64,000 nucleotides of DNA from a virus. Taxonomy: Duplodnaviria; Caudoviricetes. The notes under the pieces are model-generated. The model did not search any database, had not been told where the DNA came from, and saw only the letters and a program-made list of their open reading frames with translations. The stretch spans positions 128,001 through 192,000 of the IMG/VR virus record IMGVR_UViG_3300031994_000006. One strand, 5' to 3'. The position numbers and the translations under genes were made by a program. Each line of letters starts with the position of its first letter. Position 1 is the stretch's first letter. This document shows positions 55,348-64,000 of this stretch, piece after piece.

Positions 55348-58331
55348 CCGTTATATCCTCCTTCACGATATTCCTCGAATTTCTCAGGATGCTCGACGGC
55401 ATCGACAATCCTGTCGAATACGTATTCAAGACCCTGTGAATCGACTTCATCACCATCATACATATACGTCTCAAGTCCTTCGACGGAGAACATCACATGT
55501 ATGCTGTATATGCCGGTTTTCTCCAGCGGATAGATTGATATATTGAAATAGAACTCAAAATCACACGGCATATCGACATAGAATGAAATCGCGTCCCCGC
55601 CGATGTTCTTGACGTCATCGGGACTTACAAGATCCCTGAGCCTGTTCATCTGGGTATTCAGGACCGGAATGTCTGAATAGTGGAGTTCCTCGAAACTGCC
55701 CTGTGCGGCATCGGCGGCAGACTCCTTCTTACGGGCCTGATTACCCGCCTTGAAGGCCTCGTCCATGTCATAGTCGTCATAAACCGACATCCTTTCAGTG
55801 ACTTCTTTATTCCAAAATTCAATACAGTCGATAATTTCCTCTATGGATTCACTGACAGCGTCTTCAAATGTATCGTATATATTGTATGACTCATTGACGT
55901 CCCTGCCGTCACAGGCTCCGCCGATTGAGAACGCGTATCCGTCTTCAGGATTCACCGGCACATAGATGAATATGTATCCGGCCGCATATCCGTTTTCGAA
56001 ATCTATATCAAAATCATCAATGCAGCCGCCCCAGCTGTCGACTTTGATACGGTGCATATAATAATGTTCCTTAGGAGCGTCATCGATTTCGATATTGTCG
56101 CCGAAGTTCTCAGCAGTCCATATGTTCGATTCGGCTGAAGCCTTATTGACGGCCTTGACGATCTCAGCGGCCCACCTGGTCAGCTGACCCTTCGGACTGT
56201 CGTCTTCAGTACCCTGGACGGCGTCGGTGGCGGATTCCTGTTTTCTTGCCCGGTTGCCGGCCTTAAAAGCTTCATTCGCATTAAGAATTTTATCAGCCAG
56301 ACGGCGTTTTTTCATCCAGTCTATTTGTTTGATATTATGTCTGACCTGTGAATGAAGGGGACTGTTAGGTCTAACCGGCGGTGTAATTACCGGTATATTG
56401 AGTTTTTCAATAAAAGGCATAAGACTGTCCGGAATATCAAAAATACTCCCTAAGTCAGTCTTGCTGCCTGAAAAGGCGTTTTCAAAGTTTAAATCTGATG
56501 GAAGAGACGTCAGCTTATTGCAGTTTTTAAGATTTAAATGACCGAAATTAATAGTCAGTCCATGCGGCAGAAAGGTCAGTTCCGTACATCCCTCAAGATC
56601 TAAATCACCGACGGTCATTCCCTGTGGAAGTGAGGTAAGTCCGGTGCAGTCTTTAAGTATCAGATTATATTTTATAGTCAGTCCATCCGGTAATGAAGTC
56701 AGTCTGGTGCAGCCTTCAAAATTCAAGCTATTAGGAACTGTAATTCCTTGTGGAAATGAAGTCAGTCCGGTACAGCCTTTAAGGTATATGTCTCTTCCGA
56801 CCAGCAGATCAGCCGGCAAAGATACCAGTCCGGTACAGCCGGTAAGATCTAAACTGTCTCCGACTGACAGACCTTTGGGTAATGACGTCAGTCCGGTGCA
56901 TCCGGTAAGATTTAAATTACATCCGATATTTTTTCCGACAGTCAGATTATCGGGCAATGACGTCAGTCTGGTACAGCCTGTAAGATTTAATGCACTTTTA
57001 ACAGGTAATCGTGGAAATGAAGTCAATCCGGTACAGTTCTCAAACTCTATACCATAACGAATGTTCATGTCATTCGGCAGATATTTCAATCCGGGACAAT
57101 TCTTGACGGACAGAACACCTTCAGGAACGGCCAATTCATTCGGCAGTGCAATTAATTTAGGACAGTCTGAAATATACAGCGAGCCTCCTTTAATAATTAA
57201 TTTATCAGGTATGGATTTTAATTCGGGTATATTTTTAATAATACAATCAGGAACTGAATCATCCTGATAATAAGGCACACCGTTTTCATCAACAAAAAGC
57301 TCAATATTAGTCAGTTTTTTAAATCGTTGAATCTGTGCATCCAAACTCCCAATTTCTTCAGGAACAGCATCTGCAGCAGACTCTTTCTTACGTGCACGAT
57401 TACCTGCATGAAAGGCCTCTTCTATATGAGATCCGTTCAATAAACCGGATATCATAGACCGATTCAGTCTGAACCAGAAATCGGGGCCCCATGATTTTAT
57501 AAAATCATCAATCGGATAAGCTAACTCCGCGTCAGGTGTAATATAAGTTGTTACAAATTTTACAATATATTCATAAGCCCATCTCACCGGACGCGATGAA
57601 CGCGTTGAATCTGTAGAAACGATATCTTCACACCATGAAGCATAACTGTCATCATTATCATCTTCTTCAGGATCTATGAGTTCAACACCATAATTAGGAT
57701 TGAATTTTGTCCTTCTGCCATAGCCTGTTATATTAATATAAAGAAAATTATTCGGATCATCTGGATTTCCGTTATTGAATTCTTCAATAGAATATTCAAA
57801 AGGCATTGCGGCATCAGGCATGTCCCGGTCGACGATTGTCATGGCGATTCGTGTCCATGGACAATCCTTAGGTACCCTTTTTATTATAATTGTATAAAGA
57901 TAGAGATTGCCAACGGTTCCGGCACTATAGAATTCATTTGTCCTGAGTTCCCAATCAGGATGCTGTTTTACGACACTTCGACAGAAGTTTCCTAAAAATT
58001 CATGACGCTGTCTGTCAAAATTTTCAAAATCCTTTTTATTTCCAAGCTGAAAATACTTAACAGGAAAATCTACTACACCATTTGCAGTATCGGCAACTGA
58101 CTCTTTCTTGCGTGCCCGGTTGCCGGCCCTGAACGCCTCGTTCAGTTCCTCCCTATCGGATCTGCAGAACAGGCGGAACAGCCTGCCGGGGATCTTCTGG
58201 AGCCCGAAGTTCCTGTTCATCCATGCGCGTATGAACGTCCTGGGCGGCATCGCGTCCGCGTCGCCCTTTGCCGACCTGTAGCCGGTAATGCAGTCCGAGA
58301 CCATCCTGGTCCACTCTATCCTGTCTTTCAT
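55344..58331 (-). CDS. Modular polyprotein, 4 linkers, one long LRR module
   Basis: 995 aa; repeated LxLxGCTGLTSLPxGLxV. Confidence 0.85.
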   Translation of the reverse strand: MKDRIEWTRMVSDCITGYRSAKGDADAMPPRTFIRAWMNRNFGLQKIPGRLFRLFCRSDREELNEAFRAGNRARKKESVADTANGVVDFPVKYFQLGNKKDFENFDRQRHEFLGNFCRSVVKQHPDWELRTNEFYSAGTVGNLYLYTIIIKRVPKDCPWTRIAMTIVDRDMPDAAMPFEYSIEEFNNGNPDDPNNFLYINITGYGRRTKFNPNYGVELIDPEEDDNDDSYASWCEDIVSTDSTRSSRPVRWAYEYIVKFVTTYITPDAELAYPIDDFIKSWGPDFWFRLNRSMISGLLNGSHIEEAFHAGNRARKKESAADAVPEEIGSLDAQIQRFKKLTNIELFVDENGVPYYQDDSVPDCIIKNIPELKSIPDKLIIKGGSLYISDCPKLIALPNELAVPEGVLSVKNCPGLKYLPNDMNIRYGIEFENCTGLTSFPRLPVKSALNLTGCTRLTSLPDNLTVGKNIGCNLNLTGCTGLTSLPKGLSVGDSLDLTGCTGLVSLPADLLVGRDIYLKGCTGLTSFPQGITVPNSLNFEGCTRLTSLPDGLTIKYNLILKDCTGLTSLPQGMTVGDLDLEGCTELTFLPHGLTINFGHLNLKNCNKLTSLPSDLNFENAFSGSKTDLGSIFDIPDSLMPFIEKLNIPVITPPVRPNSPLHSQVRHNIKQIDWMKKRRLADKILNANEAFKAGNRARKQESATDAVQGTEDDSPKGQLTRWAAEIVKAVNKASAESNIWTAENFGDNIEIDDAPKEHYYMHRIKVDSWGGCIDDFDIDFENGYAAGYIFIYVPVNPEDGYAFSIGGACDGRDVNESYNIYDTFEDAVSESIEEIIDCIEFWNKEVTERMSVYDDYDMDEAFKAGNQARKKESAADAAQGSFEELHYSDIPVLNTQMNRLRDLVSPDDVKNIGGDAISFYVDMPCDFEFYFNISIYPLEKTGIYSIHVMFSVEGLETYMYDGDEVDSQGLEYVFDRIVDAVEHPEKFEEYREGGYNG

Positions 58332-58332
58332 A

Positions 58333-61300
58333 TTATCCGAATTTCTCTATGTATTCTCTTAAATCCGCATTGAGCGAATCAATGCCTTCCAGGTGTACCT
58401 CAAGTATGCCGGGCAGATTCCTGTATGCGTACAGCAGTCCCGGCATGCCAGTATCCATCGATCCCGTCAGCACGCAGACATAATCACGGTTATACTGGAC
58501 GATCAGCCGGGACACGCTGTAGTTCTTGTCATCGGTTATCTGGACGCCGTCACATGTGTCATCCGTGAATGCGACCTCGGCCTTCAGCATATCCTTATAA
58601 CCGCACAGCTCCAGTATCCTGTCCAGGCAGTCCGCGATGCACTGACCGGTTATGGACCGGTCATACCTTCTGTATATCCTGCCTGAGATAGGTCCCTCTT
58701 CCGGATCGATAACCGAATCTATGACGTCCTTGAACAGTTCCCTGGTGACCGGCCTGTATTCTCCGGCCGTCTGTACGGTATCCCGGGCCGTCTCCTGTTT
58801 CCTCGCCCTGTTGCCGGCCCTGAACGCCTCGCGTACGGCGCCGGCCTCTTTGAACTTATAGCATCGCGTGTACACCAGGTCCGGGACGAACTCGAGATTC
58901 GGATCACATGCCGCCTCGGCGATGTTACCGAACATGTTCGGCCATACCGCCGGTATGCTGTTGTCCGTAAGGGCCTCCCTGTTCCTCGGCTTGCCGTATC
59001 TGGTGCCGTCGGGCTTCTCCCAGGCATCGAACCATTCCGATGAGCAGTTCAGGAACTGTACTTCTGTCAGATCTGTGACATCGGGCTTTATCCTGTAGTA
59101 CATCCTGTCCGCCGTGGCCTCTATCTCGAGCGTAAGCCCCGTGTCATGGAATCTGCGCCATGTTTCATCCCACATGGGATGACGGCCGAGCGAGATCCTT
59201 ATAATGTTGCCGCCGTTGTGAGGATTCCCTTCGTTTATGCTGACGTAGTACTTCAGCGAACCGTTCAGCTGTTTGTACGGCTCTTTTATATCGATGGTCT
59301 TCTCATATCCGAGGCCGTCGAGGAATACCGCAAGTCTCTTGATCAGCTCGGCAGGTCCGTCGATCGCGACAGGGTGCTTGTCACCGACGCTTTCGACCGT
59401 ATCTGCGGCGGACTCCTTCTTCCTCGCCCTGTTGCCCGCCCTGAACGCTTCCCGCATTCCGTTTTTCCAGGCATTCCACTTGCTGAAATCGCATATGTGC
59501 CATTTTCTCGGATTAGCGGGATTATTGGTCCCTTCTGTCGTATATCCGATATCATTCCTGATGAAGAACCTGTGCAGTTCAGAATCAGGCGAGAATACTA
59601 TACGGCCTCTGACAAGATTCGCGCCTGTCGGTATCTCTTTTATATTCGGGCAATCCTCCAGGTCAAGGTCTCCATAGTTGACGGTGAAATTAGAAGGCAG
59701 GCTTTCCAGGCCGGTGCATCCGTTAAGGTACAGGTCGAATCCGACATACAGATCCTCCGGCAGCCGCCTGAGGTTTTTGCACCGCTCGAGGTTCAGGTGA
59801 TCCTCCACGTACATGTTGTCGGGAAGGTGTGTCAGGCCGTCACAGTTGATCAGGTTGACGAGCGCGTTGCACTGGACCTTCTCCGGGAAATGTATCTCGT
59901 ACGGATAGTCCGTGAAGTCCACGATGCTGCGTATGACGACGGTGCCGTCGGGCTCGATCCTGAACACATCGTCGATGCCGTCCTCATAGTACACACCGAC
60001 GGGGACCTCGTTGTCCTTGCCCGGATTGACCGTGTCGTACCGTACGTCGTTTCCCTGCTGGATGAGCCATTCGCGGTATTTCATGACGTCGGCCATGAAC
60101 AGCTTGACCTGCTGCTCGGGCGTCAGGCCGACCGAGACGGTATCGCTGACAGACTCTTTTTTGCGCGCGCGATTGCCTGCCTTGAATGCCTCCTTGAGGT
60201 ATCCGTGAGCTTTTTGCCATTCGCGCCAGTCTGACGCCTTTGTTTGTCTGTTATTGTTGTAACATGGTATCCCGAGTTTATTGAAGAACGGTGTCAGCGC
60301 ACCATGGTGTATAATAAGATAGTCAGGATTGACAACCAAGTCAAACGGCAGGCTTGTCAGTGAGTCTGCCACCCACAGGTCTCTTCCGACTTTCAACCCG
60401 TCAGGCAGGCTTGTCAGTCCGGTACAGCGAGCCAGACTCAGTTCTCCCTGAACTGTCAGGCCTGCAGGCAAGTCTGTCAGTCCGGTGCAGCCTGTCAGAT
60501 CCAGGTTTCTTCCGACTTTCAACCCGTCAGGCAGGCTTGTCAGTCCGGTACAGTCATACAGATCCAGGTCTCCTCCGACTTCCAACCCGTCAGGCAGGCT
60601 TGTCAGTCCGGTGCAATATTCCAGATTCAACCTTTCTCTGACTTTCAGATCATCAGGCAGACTTGTCAGTCCGGTGCAATATTCCAGATTTAACCCTTCT
60701 CCGACTTTCAGGCCGGCCGGCAGGCTTGTCAGTCCGGTGCAATATTCCAGATTCAAGTCTCCTCCAACCTCCAGGTCTCCTGGCAGGCTTGTCAGTCCGG
60801 TACAGCCTGACAGGTTCAGCTCTCCATTGACTTTCAGGCCGGCCGGCAGGCTGGTCAGTTCGGTCCAGCCTTCCAGATTTAACCCTTCTTCAACTTCCAG
60901 TCTGTCAGGCAGACCTGTCAGTCCTTCGGTGTCATCTGACAGATATAGGTATCCGTTAAAGTATGGATGTCCGTCCCTGATTTCGAGTTCCATGTCGGTC
61001 TGCTTCTTGAACAGATCAATCTGCGCCTGTATGGTATCGACCGTCTCAACGGCATCCTGTGCGGACTCTTTCTTGCGTGCGCGGTTACCTGCTCTGAAGG
61101 CCTCGTCCGTCTTACCGATGAGATGGCGGCGTTCCATCCAGTCTTCGGCGGCGACTTGTCCGTGTTTGTCGATTTTGATGCCGAGCCGGTTCAGGAAAGG
61201 CTTCAGGCTGTCAGGGACGTTGTATATTGAATTGCTCTGGATATCCTTGATTTCGATTTTCAGATCGGCGGGCAGCTCGGTGATGCCGTCGCATTCACTG

Positions 61301-63519
61301 AGTCTGAGGGATCCCGTGATGTACATCCCGTGAGGCAGCGACGTCAGTCCAGTGCACCGGTGCAGGTTCAGGTATCCGTAGACAGTCAGCCCGTCGGGGA
61401 GCTTTTTCAGTCCGGTGCATCCCGCGAGGTTCAGGTTGCCGTGGACGATCAGCCCGTCGGGCAGCCTTGTCAGCTCCGTGCAGTCCTTGAGATTCAGCCA
61501 GGTGCCGAACGGCCTGCCCTGTTTAATCTCAAGCTTCGCGCCGGTCACCTTCTCGAACTCCCTGACCTGCTCCTCCAGGCTGTCGACAGACTCGACAGTA
61601 TCCTGTACGGATTCCTTCTTGCGCGCAGTATTGCCGGCCCTGAAGGCCTCCTTGAGGTATCCGTGAGCTTTTTGCCACTTACGTGCACGATTACCTGTCC
61701 TGAAGGTCTCCTTGTGGTATCCGTGAGCTTTTTGCCACTTGTGCCAGTCTTCTGCCTTTGTGTCGCCTTCATCGTCAACTGGTATCCCGAGTTTCCTGAA
61801 GAACGGTGTCAGTATACCTTTGTGTTCAATCCAATTACCACAAACAACCAAGTCAAACGGCAGGCTTGTCAGTCCGGTACAGCCTTTCAGAACCAGTGAT
61901 TTTCCGACTTCCAGTCCTGCAGGCAGGCTTGTCAGTCCGGTACAGCCTGTTAGAGACAAATCTCTTCCGACTTTCAGGCCTGCAGGCAAGCCTGTCAGTC
62001 CGGTGCAGTCATCCAACTGCAGGCTTCCTCCGATTTCCAGGCCGGCAGGCAGGTCTGTCAGCCCGGTGCAACCATTCAGATACAGACTTTTTCCAACTTT
62101 CAGGCCTGTAGACAGTCTTGTCAGTCCGGTACAGTCCATCAGTGACAGATACCCGTTAATCTCCAAGTTGTCAGGTAGGTCTGTCAGTCCGGTGCAGCCG
62201 TCCAAATCCAGATCTTTATCAAAGTACGGATGTCCGTCCCTGATCTCAAGCTCTATGCCGGACTGTTTCTTGAAAAGGTCAATCTGTGCCTGCATGTTAT
62301 CGACCGACTCGACTGTATCCTGTACAGATTCCTTCTTGCGTACACGGTTGCCGGCCCTGAACGCCTCATTCGCTGTAAGCATATTATGGATCTTGTCGAA
62401 GTCGGGCTTGCCGACGGTCCTCCACCGGTTCCATGAGAATCCTATGATACGGTTCTCAAAATCCGGCCTGTAGTCGGAACCGGCGTTGACCGTCAGGGGC
62501 TGGAGGCCGCAATCCTCCCTGAAGAACCTGTCAAGATCCTGATCATGCGGGCCGTAAATTATGAACGATCCTGTTATATTGGTATCCTTGGGCACCTTCT
62601 TTATGCCGGAATGCGTCAGTTTCAGATCACACGCCGTTATGTCCGGCGACAGCTCAGTCAGCTTCTTGCAGTCCTCCAGGTTGAGCATTCCCGTCACGGT
62701 CAGTCCGGCCGGCAGTTTTTCCTGCTCTATGCTTACGGAGAAATCGCCTTCGACGAACGTGTTGTCGGGTATGTCGGCATTTCCTGAGAAGTCCATACAA
62801 TTCCCTTTGTAATAGGGACGGCCGTCCTTTATCTCAAGCTTGATACCGGTCTGTTCCCTGAACCTGTCAATCTGATCCTGGAGCGGATTGTGCATGTCCG
62901 CCGCGGCATCGCTGACAGACTCTTTTTTGCGTGCCCGATTACCGGCCCTGAAGGCCTCCTTAAGATATCCGTGTGCTTTTTGCCACATACGCCAGTCCGA
63001 CGCCTTTGTGTCTCCCTCTTTGTCAACCGGTATCCCGAGTTTCTTGAAGAACGGTGTCAGCACACCTGTATGTTCAATCCAAACACCCTGAACGACCAGG
63101 TCAAACGGCAGTCCTGTCAGTCCGGTGCAGCCTGTCAGATCCAGGTTTTTATTGACCTTCAGACCGGCCGGCAGGCTTGTTAGTCCTGTACAGTCTATCA
63201 GATTCAGGTATCCATTGACTTCCAGGTCTGCAGGCAGGCCTGTCAGACCGGTGCAGTTATTCAGACACAGGTCTCCGTTGACTTTCAGGTCTGCAGGCAG
63301 GTCTGTTAGCTCGGTATAGTTTTCCAGATGTAAATATCCGTTATAGTACGGACGTCCGTCTCTGATCTCGAGCTCTATACCGGTCTGCTTCTTGAACAGG
63401 TCAATCTGAGCCTGTATGTTATCGACTGACTCGACTGTATCAGCGGCGGACTCTTTCTTGCGTGCCCGGTTGCCAGCCCTGAAGGCCTCGTTCATTGTAT
63501 CGAAGTCCATCCTGTCCAT
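58333..63519 (-). CDS. Modular LRR polyprotein, 8 full plus 1 partial linker
   Basis: 1728 aa; many 22-aa GCTGLTSLPAGLKVGxxLxL repeats in blocks separated by EAFRAGNRARKKES. Confidence 0.88.
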   Translation of the reverse strand: MDRMDFDTMNEAFRAGNRARKKESAADTVESVDNIQAQIDLFKKQTGIELEIRDGRPYYNGYLHLENYTELTDLPADLKVNGDLCLNNCTGLTGLPADLEVNGYLNLIDCTGLTSLPAGLKVNKNLDLTGCTGLTGLPFDLVVQGVWIEHTGVLTPFFKKLGIPVDKEGDTKASDWRMWQKAHGYLKEAFRAGNRARKKESVSDAAADMHNPLQDQIDRFREQTGIKLEIKDGRPYYKGNCMDFSGNADIPDNTFVEGDFSVSIEQEKLPAGLTVTGMLNLEDCKKLTELSPDITACDLKLTHSGIKKVPKDTNITGSFIIYGPHDQDLDRFFREDCGLQPLTVNAGSDYRPDFENRIIGFSWNRWRTVGKPDFDKIHNMLTANEAFRAGNRVRKKESVQDTVESVDNMQAQIDLFKKQSGIELEIRDGHPYFDKDLDLDGCTGLTDLPDNLEINGYLSLMDCTGLTRLSTGLKVGKSLYLNGCTGLTDLPAGLEIGGSLQLDDCTGLTGLPAGLKVGRDLSLTGCTGLTSLPAGLEVGKSLVLKGCTGLTSLPFDLVVCGNWIEHKGILTPFFRKLGIPVDDEGDTKAEDWHKWQKAHGYHKETFRTGNRARKWQKAHGYLKEAFRAGNTARKKESVQDTVESVDSLEEQVREFEKVTGAKLEIKQGRPFGTWLNLKDCTELTRLPDGLIVHGNLNLAGCTGLKKLPDGLTVYGYLNLHRCTGLTSLPHGMYITGSLRLSECDGITELPADLKIEIKDIQSNSIYNVPDSLKPFLNRLGIKIDKHGQVAAEDWMERRHLIGKTDEAFRAGNRARKKESAQDAVETVDTIQAQIDLFKKQTDMELEIRDGHPYFNGYLYLSDDTEGLTGLPDRLEVEEGLNLEGWTELTSLPAGLKVNGELNLSGCTGLTSLPGDLEVGGDLNLEYCTGLTSLPAGLKVGEGLNLEYCTGLTSLPDDLKVRERLNLEYCTGLTSLPDGLEVGGDLDLYDCTGLTSLPDGLKVGRNLDLTGCTGLTDLPAGLTVQGELSLARCTGLTSLPDGLKVGRDLWVADSLTSLPFDLVVNPDYLIIHHGALTPFFNKLGIPCYNNNRQTKASDWREWQKAHGYLKEAFKAGNRARKKESVSDTVSVGLTPEQQVKLFMADVMKYREWLIQQGNDVRYDTVNPGKDNEVPVGVYYEDGIDDVFRIEPDGTVVIRSIVDFTDYPYEIHFPEKVQCNALVNLINCDGLTHLPDNMYVEDHLNLERCKNLRRLPEDLYVGFDLYLNGCTGLESLPSNFTVNYGDLDLEDCPNIKEIPTGANLVRGRIVFSPDSELHRFFIRNDIGYTTEGTNNPANPRKWHICDFSKWNAWKNGMREAFRAGNRARKKESAADTVESVGDKHPVAIDGPAELIKRLAVFLDGLGYEKTIDIKEPYKQLNGSLKYYVSINEGNPHNGGNIIRISLGRHPMWDETWRRFHDTGLTLEIEATADRMYYRIKPDVTDLTEVQFLNCSSEWFDAWEKPDGTRYGKPRNREALTDNSIPAVWPNMFGNIAEAACDPNLEFVPDLVYTRCYKFKEAGAVREAFRAGNRARKQETARDTVQTAGEYRPVTRELFKDVIDSVIDPEEGPISGRIYRRYDRSITGQCIADCLDRILELCGYKDMLKAEVAFTDDTCDGVQITDDKNYSVSRLIVQYNRDYVCVLTGSMDTGMPGLLYAYRNLPGILEVHLEGIDSLNADLREYIEKFG

Positions 63520-63523
63520 ACCC

Positions 63524-63856
63524 TTAACGTCCGAGTTCGGCGCCGATGGCCGTGCATACGAGTCCGGAGGTCAGCAGCTTGCCGAGCGTGCCGTGCTCGC
63601 TGACGCCGAGCACCTTGCAGAGCGCGCGCCCTATGGCAGGGCCGAGCGCCGCGCCGGCGGCCGCGCCGAGCAGTCCGGTCAGAAGTCCCTCATCAAGCTC
63701 GTCATCGAGTGACGTGCCCTTGAGCTCCGCCATCTCGGCCGACTCGAGCAGGTACGAGTAGAGCTCCTTGGCCTTCTGTATCTGCCTGGGCGTCGATCCG
63801 GTCACATCCGCTCCCTCGAAGAGCGCCTTGGTGGTTATCTTGTATTTCTGATTCAT
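63524..63856 (-). CDS. Hypothetical protein with glycine-zipper-like C-terminus
   Basis: 110 aa; LDEGLLTGLLGAAAGAALGPAIG. Confidence 0.7.
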   Translation of the reverse strand: MNQKYKITTKALFEGADVTGSTPRQIQKAKELYSYLLESAEMAELKGTSLDDELDEGLLTGLLGAAAGAALGPAIGRALCKVLGVSEHGTLGKLLTSGLVCTAIGAELGR

Positions 63857-64000
63857 ATAATACGGCTATATAGTTTCCGGGTATTTATCCATATGACCGG
63901 ACCCAGCCCGGCGCGTTAAATCATTAGAGAATTTTTGTATTTCAGGGAATGAAGATACATCAGATAAGCTTCCGGAACATCGGAAGCTACGGAGACAAAA

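Noticed and set aside
55344-63519. Diversity-generating retroelement acting on the LRRs
   Set aside because: No reverse transcriptase or TR/VR pair with adenine-specific differences in the window.

Overview
A 64-kb segment of a T4-like jumbo phage that very probably infects Bacteroidota/Prevotella (TAnnTTTG promoters, Bacteroidota-type boxA and lipoproteins). It uses the standard genetic code. Left part (1-30.6 kb): a >1970-aa virion protein running off the window, large terminase, an S1-domain protein, a GT25 glycosyltransferase, nrdD/nrdG, a HAD 3'-phosphatase, a gp5-like baseplate protein and an RNase H/5'-3' exonuclease. Middle (31-50.7 kb): two large tRNA clusters (about 45 recognisable plus several atypical tRNAs), a tmRNA, ten Y-RNA-like elements and other structured intergenic RNA candidates. 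Right (52-64 kb): an amidase endolysin and a family of modular, partly LRR, polyproteins punctuated by a repeated xxE|AFRAGNRARKKESA linker. Main discovery: each tRNA cluster is preceded by a 37-38-codon leader peptide, below the ORF-track size cut-off, whose codons are almost exactly those decoded by the tRNAs of its own downstream cluster, coupled to mutually exclusive antiterminator/terminator hairpins. This looks like a pair of ribosome-mediated attenuators that switch on the phage tRNA arrays when any matching host tRNA becomes limiting. All calls are from manual reading; no searches were run.
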